Notes under the pieces: model-generated
Seen by the model: only the letters and a program-made list of their open reading frames with translations
The model's database searches: none
Told to the model about the DNA's origin: nothing
Sequence record: PV660448
Length of the DNA: 64,000 nucleotides
Strand: one strand, 5' to 3'
Source of the DNA: Escherichia phage LF82-4
Shown here: positions 58,394 to 64,000 of the stretch, piece by piece
Layout of the letters: the number at the start of each line of letters is the position of its first letter
How positions within the stretch are numbered: the stretch's first letter is position 1
Position numbers and translations under genes: made by a program

Positions 58394-59940
58394 GTAATAA
58401 TACATATCAACACGTTTCGAACGAATCTGTATATGTTGAATTTGACCCGGTAGGGTCAAATTTTGATAGTTCAATAACCAATGTCCAGGCAGCCTTAGCC
58501 TCAATTAGCGCGTATGGTGTTAAAGGTGTTCCGGACGCAAGTGAAGCAGAAAAAGGTGTAATTCAATTAGCGACAGAACAAGAAGTTCTTGATGGATTTA
58601 ATAGTACTAAAGCCGTTACACCCGCCACATTAAATGCAAGACTTCAGTATCCGAACGCGTCAGAAACACAATACGGTGTAACTAAATATGCAACACAAGA
58701 GGAAGCCATTGCCGGCACTTTAGACACTGTTTCTATTACTCCGCTTAAATTAGACAAAACTATTGATAACACGTTCTCTACTCGTTATTCCACCGAAACA
58801 ACTAATGGTGTTATTAAAATTGCAACTCAAACCGCTGCACTTGCCGGGTCTGATGATACCACGGCAATGACACCGCTTAAAACTCAGCAATTAGCAATAA
58901 AATTAATTTCTCAAATAGCTCCTAATAACGACCCGGCTTCAGAATCTATTACCGGTGTTGTGCGTTTAGCTACGGTGGCTCAAACACGTCAAGGAACTCT
59001 TCGCGAAGGATATGCAATTTCCCCATACACCTTTATGAATTCTGTTGCAACACAAGAATATAAAGGTGTTATACGTCTAGGAACACAAGCGGAAATTAAT
59101 AGTAATTTAGGAGATGTTGCTGTAACAGGTGAAACGCTAAATGGTAGAGGAGCTACCGGTTCTATGCGTGGAGTCGTAAAATTAACGACGCAGGCCGGTG
59201 TTGCACCCGAAGGCGATAGCTCTGGAGCATTAGCATGGAACGCAGATGTAATTAATACACGCGGTGGGCAAACTATTAATGGTTCTTTAAATTTAGACCA
59301 TCTAACAGCAAATGGAATTTGGTCACGTGGCGGAATGTGGAAAAACGGTGACCAGCCGGTTGCAACAGAGCGATATGCATCTGAACGTGTTCCTGTTGGA
59401 ACAATTCAAATGTTCGCAGGTGATAGCGCTCCTCCAGGTTGGGTTTTATGTCATGGCGGGACCGTTTCTGGGAACCAATTTCCAGACTATCGAAATGTGG
59501 TTGGAACGAGATTTGGCGGTGATTGGAATAATCCTGGAATTCCAGACATGCGCGGTCTTTTTGTTAGAGGAGCTGGTACAGGCAGCCATATTTTAAATAA
59601 TCGCGGTCAAGATGGCTATGGAAAGGATAGATTAGGTGTAGGATGTGACGGTATGCATGTTGGTGGTGTCCAAGCACAGCAAATGTCATATCATAAACAC
59701 GCTGGTGGATGGGGCGAATATCAACGTCATGAGGCACCATTCGGAGCATCCGTATATCAAGGTTATTTGGGTACTAGAAAATACGCTGATTGGGATAACG
59801 CGTCATATTTCACAAATGACGGCTTCGAATTAGGTGGTCACCGCGACGCAACAGGCACTCTTAACCGTGAAGGACTTATCGGATATGAGACTCGTCCATG
59901 GAATATATCTTTAAATTATATTATTAAAGTCCATTACTAA
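58390..59940 (+). CDS. 12: short tail fiber protein gp12
   Basis: 516 aa; repetitive VTKYATQ / VIKIATQ / VVRLATVAQ / VIRLGTQ / VVKLTTQ beta-helix repeats; C-terminal His-rich receptor-binding region. Confidence 0.9.
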   Translation: MSNNTYQHVSNESVYVEFDPVGSNFDSSITNVQAALASISAYGVKGVPDASEAEKGVIQLATEQEVLDGFNSTKAVTPATLNARLQYPNASETQYGVTKYATQEEAIAGTLDTVSITPLKLDKTIDNTFSTRYSTETTNGVIKIATQTAALAGSDDTTAMTPLKTQQLAIKLISQIAPNNDPASESITGVVRLATVAQTRQGTLREGYAISPYTFMNSVATQEYKGVIRLGTQAEINSNLGDVAVTGETLNGRGATGSMRGVVKLTTQAGVAPEGDSSGALAWNADVINTRGGQTINGSLNLDHLTANGIWSRGGMWKNGDQPVATERYASERVPVGTIQMFAGDSAPPGWVLCHGGTVSGNQFPDYRNVVGTRFGGDWNNPGIPDMRGLFVRGAGTGSHILNNRGQDGYGKDRLGVGCDGMHVGGVQAQQMSYHKHAGGWGEYQRHEAPFGASVYQGYLGTRKYADWDNASYFTNDGFELGGHRDATGTLNREGLIGYETRPWNISLNYIIKVHY

Positions 59941-59949
59941 GGGTAAAAA

Positions 59950-61392
59950 ATGATCGAATTAAAAAGTCTACCATACGTTGATGGCCCTCCTGATGTGGGT
60001 CAAAAACGCTTAAACTGGATTAAAAATTCAGAAGAAATAACTGGCGCTGATACGTTATACGGTTCTGAAGGAGTAATGAACCGTCCAATAACAGAAGTTC
60101 AACGAAATGTAGAAACAATTAACGATAACGTTAAGACTATCGCAGAATCTTTAGATACCGCTAATGCTGATATTGTCACAATTAAAAGTATCTTGGATGT
60201 TTCTGGTGATGTAGATGCTTTAGCACAAATTGGACATAACACTGATGATATTGAAGTATTAAAACACACTGTAAATTCACACGGTGTTGATATTTTAAAC
60301 ACTGAAGAAAAACTAGATGATACTATTGCTAATATCGGAGTAGTTAATCCAGAAACAGATTCGGTGTATCGTACGGTGCGTAACGACCTTCTTTGGATTA
60401 AAACCGAATTAGGGCAATATACTGGACAAGATATTAATGGTGTCCCAACCGAAGGTAATGAAAGCACCGGTATGAAACGACGTATTATTACTAACAGTTC
60501 AGTGTTGGTTGACCAAGGCGTTCGTTTAACCGAGTTAGAAAATAAATTTGCCGATTCTGATGTTGGGGCTCTGACAACCGAAGTTGAAAACCTCCGTCAA
60601 GAAATAGGTCCTAGACCATCGTTAACAGTACCGGTTTACACTCGTTTATCCGGTATTGATTCATCCATTTCTATCCAAACTAGAGATATTGCGGCATTAA
60701 AAGATTTTGTTGGATATCCTAATTCAACCGCTATTAAAACTCAAGTCGAGGCCAATCGTCTTTCTATATCAACAATAAATTCAGACATTAACTCGCCTGG
60801 CGGTATTAAACCACGTTTGACAACGTTAGAAACTACTATAGGCTCTCCAGATTTACCAACTACTCTTCAGGGTAAGATCAAATTAAATACCGATTCCATT
60901 TCAGGTATTAACACAGTTTTAGGTGTTGATTCTTCTAGTGGTTTACGTTTTAACGTAGCATGGCTTAATCAGGTGGTTGGCGTTGATTCAAACGGTGGAC
61001 AACCTGAACCGGCCGATTCACTTTTATATAGGACTCGTATTCTTGAAACTGGTGTTACCGACCTAGGCAATAACATTCAAAACGTTCAAACTGAATTGGG
61101 AACTAATTCGTCTGGTATTAAAGGACAAGTAACTAGTTTAAATAAACTTATAAGCGGCACCAACCCAAACGGTCAAACCATAGAAGAACGTGGTATATTG
61201 CCAACAGTTAAAAACCACGACACGACAATTACGGATTTAACTACGCGTGTTACCACTTTAGAAACAGACCTTGCTGCAGCAGAAGCAGAAATTCAAGCCC
61301 TTAAAGAGGCTGGATATATCGAAGATGCTCCTTCAGACGGTAAATTCTATGTTCGTAAAGATGGTGCTTGGGTTGAACTTCCTACAGCTTAA
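59950..61392 (+). CDS. wac: fibritin (whisker antigen control protein)
   Basis: 480 aa segmented coiled coil; C-terminal foldon GYIEDAPSDGKFYVRKDGAWVELPTA. Confidence 0.85.
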   Translation: MIELKSLPYVDGPPDVGQKRLNWIKNSEEITGADTLYGSEGVMNRPITEVQRNVETINDNVKTIAESLDTANADIVTIKSILDVSGDVDALAQIGHNTDDIEVLKHTVNSHGVDILNTEEKLDDTIANIGVVNPETDSVYRTVRNDLLWIKTELGQYTGQDINGVPTEGNESTGMKRRIITNSSVLVDQGVRLTELENKFADSDVGALTTEVENLRQEIGPRPSLTVPVYTRLSGIDSSISIQTRDIAALKDFVGYPNSTAIKTQVEANRLSISTINSDINSPGGIKPRLTTLETTIGSPDLPTTLQGKIKLNTDSISGINTVLGVDSSSGLRFNVAWLNQVVGVDSNGGQPEPADSLLYRTRILETGVTDLGNNIQNVQTELGTNSSGIKGQVTSLNKLISGTNPNGQTIEERGILPTVKNHDTTITDLTTRVTTLETDLAAAEAEIQALKEAGYIEDAPSDGKFYVRKDGAWVELPTA

Positions 61393-61398
61393 TGAAAA

Positions 61399-61412
61399 GG
61401 GCCTTCGGGCCC
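61399..61412 (+). terminator. stem-loop after wac (terminator or mRNA stability element)
   Basis: GGGCC-TTCG-GGCCC hairpin 7 nt after wac stop; no clear U tract; sits just 5-prime of gene 13 RBS. Confidence 0.35.
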
Positions 61413-61424
61413 TAAAGGATTTAT

Positions 61425-62351
61425 ATGTCAGGTTATAATGCACAAAACCCTAAAGAATTAAAGGATGTAATATTACGTCGTTTAGGCGCTCCTATTGTAA
61501 ATGTTGAATTAACTACAGACCAAATTTATGATTGTATTTCACGAGCGTTAGAACTTTACGGCGAATACCATTTTGACGGGTTGAATAAAGGTTTCCATGT
61601 ATTTTTTGTTGATGACGAAGAAAAATACCGTCATGGCGTATTTGATATGCGTGGTTCTAATGTATTTGCTGTAACAAGAATTATAAGAACAAACGTTGGC
61701 TCTATTACTTCAATGGATGGTAACGCAACTTATCCATGGTTCACCGATTTCCTTTTAGGAATGGCTGGTGTTTCAGGTGGTATGGGCAGTAATTGTGGTA
61801 AATTCTACGGCCCGAACGCTTTTGGCGCTGACCTCGGATATTATTCTCAATTAGTATCTTATATGGGTATGCTTCAAGATATGATTGCTCCTCTTCCGGA
61901 TTTTTGGTTTAACTCTGCAAACGAGCAATTAAAAGTAATGGGTAACTTTAGACAGAAAGATGTCATTATCGTTGAATCGTATGTTCGCTCTTATATCGAG
62001 ACCCATAAGATGGTAGGAAATACAGTAGGGTACGGTCAGGTCGGTCCTCGTGATTCATGGTCTATTTCTGAACGTTATGATAATCCAGACCATAATTTGG
62101 TAGGACGTCGAGTTGGTGAAGATCCTGCAACTAAACAAGGCGCATATAACAACCGCTGGGTTAAAGATTATGCAACTGCATTAGCTAAAGAGCTTAACGG
62201 ACAAATTCTTGCTAAACATCAAGGTATGATGTTACCAGGCGGTGTCACTGTTGATGGTGTTCGATTAATTGAAGAAGCCCGTTTAGAGAAAGAAGCTTTA
62301 CGAGAAGAGTTATATTTACTAGACCCTCCTGCAGGTATTTTGGTAGGTTAA
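61425..62351 (+). CDS. 13: neck protein gp13
   Basis: 308 aa; synteny wac-13-14-15. Confidence 0.85.
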   Translation: MSGYNAQNPKELKDVILRRLGAPIVNVELTTDQIYDCISRALELYGEYHFDGLNKGFHVFFVDDEEKYRHGVFDMRGSNVFAVTRIIRTNVGSITSMDGNATYPWFTDFLLGMAGVSGGMGSNCGKFYGPNAFGADLGYYSQLVSYMGMLQDMIAPLPDFWFNSANEQLKVMGNFRQKDVIIVESYVRSYIETHKMVGNTVGYGQVGPRDSWSISERYDNPDHNLVGRRVGEDPATKQGAYNNRWVKDYATALAKELNGQILAKHQGMMLPGGVTVDGVRLIEEARLEKEALREELYLLDPPAGILVG

Positions 62352-62352
62352 T

Positions 62353-63117
62353 ATGGCAACTTATGATAAAAATCTTTTCGCCAAACTAGAAAATCGTGGT
62401 GGGTATTCTAAGACAAATGAGACTGAAATCCTCAATCCATTTGTCAATTTTAATAACTACGAGAATAGTCAGACATTAGCTGATGTTCTAGTGGCAGAAA
62501 GCATACAAATGCGCGGTATTGAATGTTTTTATGTTCCACGTGAATATGTTGCTGTGGATCTTATCTTTGGTGAGGACCTTAAAAATAAATTTACTAAAGC
62601 ATGGAAATTTGCTGCGTATCTGAACTCTTTTGAAGGTTATGAAGGAGCGAAATCGTTCTTCAGCAACTTCGGAATGCAAGTTCAAGATGAAGTTACATTA
62701 TCTATTAACCCGGGTCTTTTCAAACACCAGGTCAACAATCAGGAGCCTAAGGAAGGTGATTTAATATACTTCCCAATGGACAACAGTTTGTTTGAGATTA
62801 ACTGGGTTGAACCATATGACCCGTTCTATCAAGTAGGTAAAAATGCGATTCGTAAAATTACTGCAGGCAAGTTTATTTACTCTGGCGAAGAAATCAATCC
62901 GGTGCTTCAGAAAAATGAAGGTATCAATATACCTGAATTTAGTGACTTGGAACTTAACCCTGTTAGAAATCTTGACGGTATCCATGACATTAATATCGAT
63001 GAATATTCTGAAGTTGAGCAAATCAATTCAGAGGCAAGTGAATACGTTGAACCATATGTAGTAGTTAACAACCGTGGTAGACAAAATTCACCATTTGACG
63101 ATGGGTTTATGAATTAA
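62353..63117 (+). CDS. 14: neck protein gp14
   Basis: 254 aa; synteny. Confidence 0.85.
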   Translation: MATYDKNLFAKLENRGGYSKTNETEILNPFVNFNNYENSQTLADVLVAESIQMRGIECFYVPREYVAVDLIFGEDLKNKFTKAWKFAAYLNSFEGYEGAKSFFSNFGMQVQDEVTLSINPGLFKHQVNNQEPKEGDLIYFPMDNSLFEINWVEPYDPFYQVGKNAIRKITAGKFIYSGEEINPVLQKNEGINIPEFSDLELNPVRNLDGIHDINIDEYSEVEQINSEASEYVEPYVVVNNRGRQNSPFDDGFMN

Positions 63118-63166
63118 TAAATAGATAAGATAAAGCAAACACCGGTCGAAAGGCCGGTTAGGAGAA

Positions 63167-63991
63167 ATGATGTTTGGTTATTTTTACAACTCGTCGTTCA
63201 GGCGATATATCACAATGATGGGCGATTTGTTTTCAAATATCCAAGTTAACCGTCAATTGACTACAGGCAATAAATTAATTAGAGTTCCTATTACGTATGC
63301 ATCTAAAGAGCACTTTATGATGAAACTTAATAAATGGACCTCTATAAACTCACAAGAAGATGTGGCTAAAGTCGAAACTATTCTACCACGTATAAATCTC
63401 CAAATGGTAGATTTCGTTTATAACCCGACTTTTAAAACGAATATATTGAATAACTCTCTTTTGAGTAAATCGACTAAGGATATTGTAGACCAATACAACC
63501 CATCACCAATTAAAATGATTTTTGAACTGAGCATCTTTACTCGTTACGAAGATGATATGTTCCAAATCGTTGAGCAAATTATTCCATATTTTCAGCCGCA
63601 TTTTAATACGACTATGATTGAGCAATATGGGCAGGATATTCCATTTGAAAGGGATATTAAAGTCGTATGGATGGCAGCAGCAATGGATGAACAAATAGAC
63701 GGTGATAATTTATCCCGTCGACGTTTAGAGTGGTCATTAACATTTGAAGTAAATGGATGGATGTATCCTCCGGTAGGCGCAGCTGAAGGCCTTATTAAAA
63801 CGACTTATCTTGATTTTCATGCTAATGAACGAGACCTTCAAACAGCCGCCAGCGTTTTTGAATCAGTTGATACAGAAATTAAACCGAGAGACGTTGAAGC
63901 ACAAGATTGGAATGGTGAAGTTGAACAAACTTATACTCATGATATTCCAATCCCGACTCCACCAACCCCTCCTGGTCCTAGAAAACAATAA
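63167..63991 (+). CDS. 15: tail sheath stabiliser / tail terminator gp15
   Basis: MMFGYFYNSSFRRYITMMGDLFSNIQ...; 274 aa; AGGAG RBS; matches T4 gp15 from memory. Confidence 0.85.
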   Translation: MMFGYFYNSSFRRYITMMGDLFSNIQVNRQLTTGNKLIRVPITYASKEHFMMKLNKWTSINSQEDVAKVETILPRINLQMVDFVYNPTFKTNILNNSLLSKSTKDIVDQYNPSPIKMIFELSIFTRYEDDMFQIVEQIIPYFQPHFNTTMIEQYGQDIPFERDIKVVWMAAAMDEQIDGDNLSRRRLEWSLTFEVNGWMYPPVGAAEGLIKTTYLDFHANERDLQTAASVFESVDTEIKPRDVEAQDWNGEVEQTYTHDIPIPTPPTPPGPRKQ

Positions 63992-64000
63992 GAGGTAAAT

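Noticed and set aside
60099-60467. 122-aa minus-strand ORF inside wac
   Set aside because: Antisense to fibritin; serine-rich low-complexity translation.

Overview
This window is a contiguous 64 kb segment of a T4-like (T-even type) myovirus genome. It is related to T4 but is not T4 itself: the gp45, endonuclease VII and lysozyme sequences differ from the T4 sequences I recall, and there is no alpha-glucosyltransferase gene between genes 47 and 55. All homology calls are from reading the translations and from memory of T4; no database search was run.

Layout:
- 1-45738, almost entirely minus strand (early/middle genes): gp44 (partial), 45, rpbA, 46, 47, a GIY-YIG-like ORF, 55, glutaredoxin-like/nrdG/nrdD (one uninterrupted ORF), 49, nrdC, a block of large hypothetical genes, rI, tk, a macro-domain-like ORF, a lytic transglycosylase, regB, a GrcA-like glycyl-radical protein, denV, lysozyme e, nudE, an accessory block, a tRNA plus a tRNA-like RNA region flanking a segB-like homing endonuclease, 57B-like, 57A, 1, 3, 2, 4.
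- 45800-63991, plus strand (late baseplate/tail genes): 53, 5, 5.1, 5.4, 6, 7, 8, 9, 10, 11, 12, wac, 13, 14, 15.

Most worth a second look:
- A candidate anti-defence set: five internal-protein-like ORFs starting MKTY(Q/K/S)EF, a 57B/Acb1-like two-HxT phosphoesterase, a small ORF at the Vs.4/Acb2 position, and a macro-domain-like ORF.
- A tandem triplet of small paralogs sharing a C-terminal GxWV(S/A)SSxxC motif.
- An adjacent P-loop ATPase and nucleotidyltransferase-fold pair.
- Early promoters embedded in stem-loops whose arms co-vary, with two exactly duplicated promoter cassettes (45 nt and 31 nt), and three identical 24-nt terminator hairpins.

I could not single out one system as definitively new from sequence alone. 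Starts of small ORFs are approximate; the ORF track labels GTG/TTG starts as M, and ORFs under 60 aa are under-annotated.
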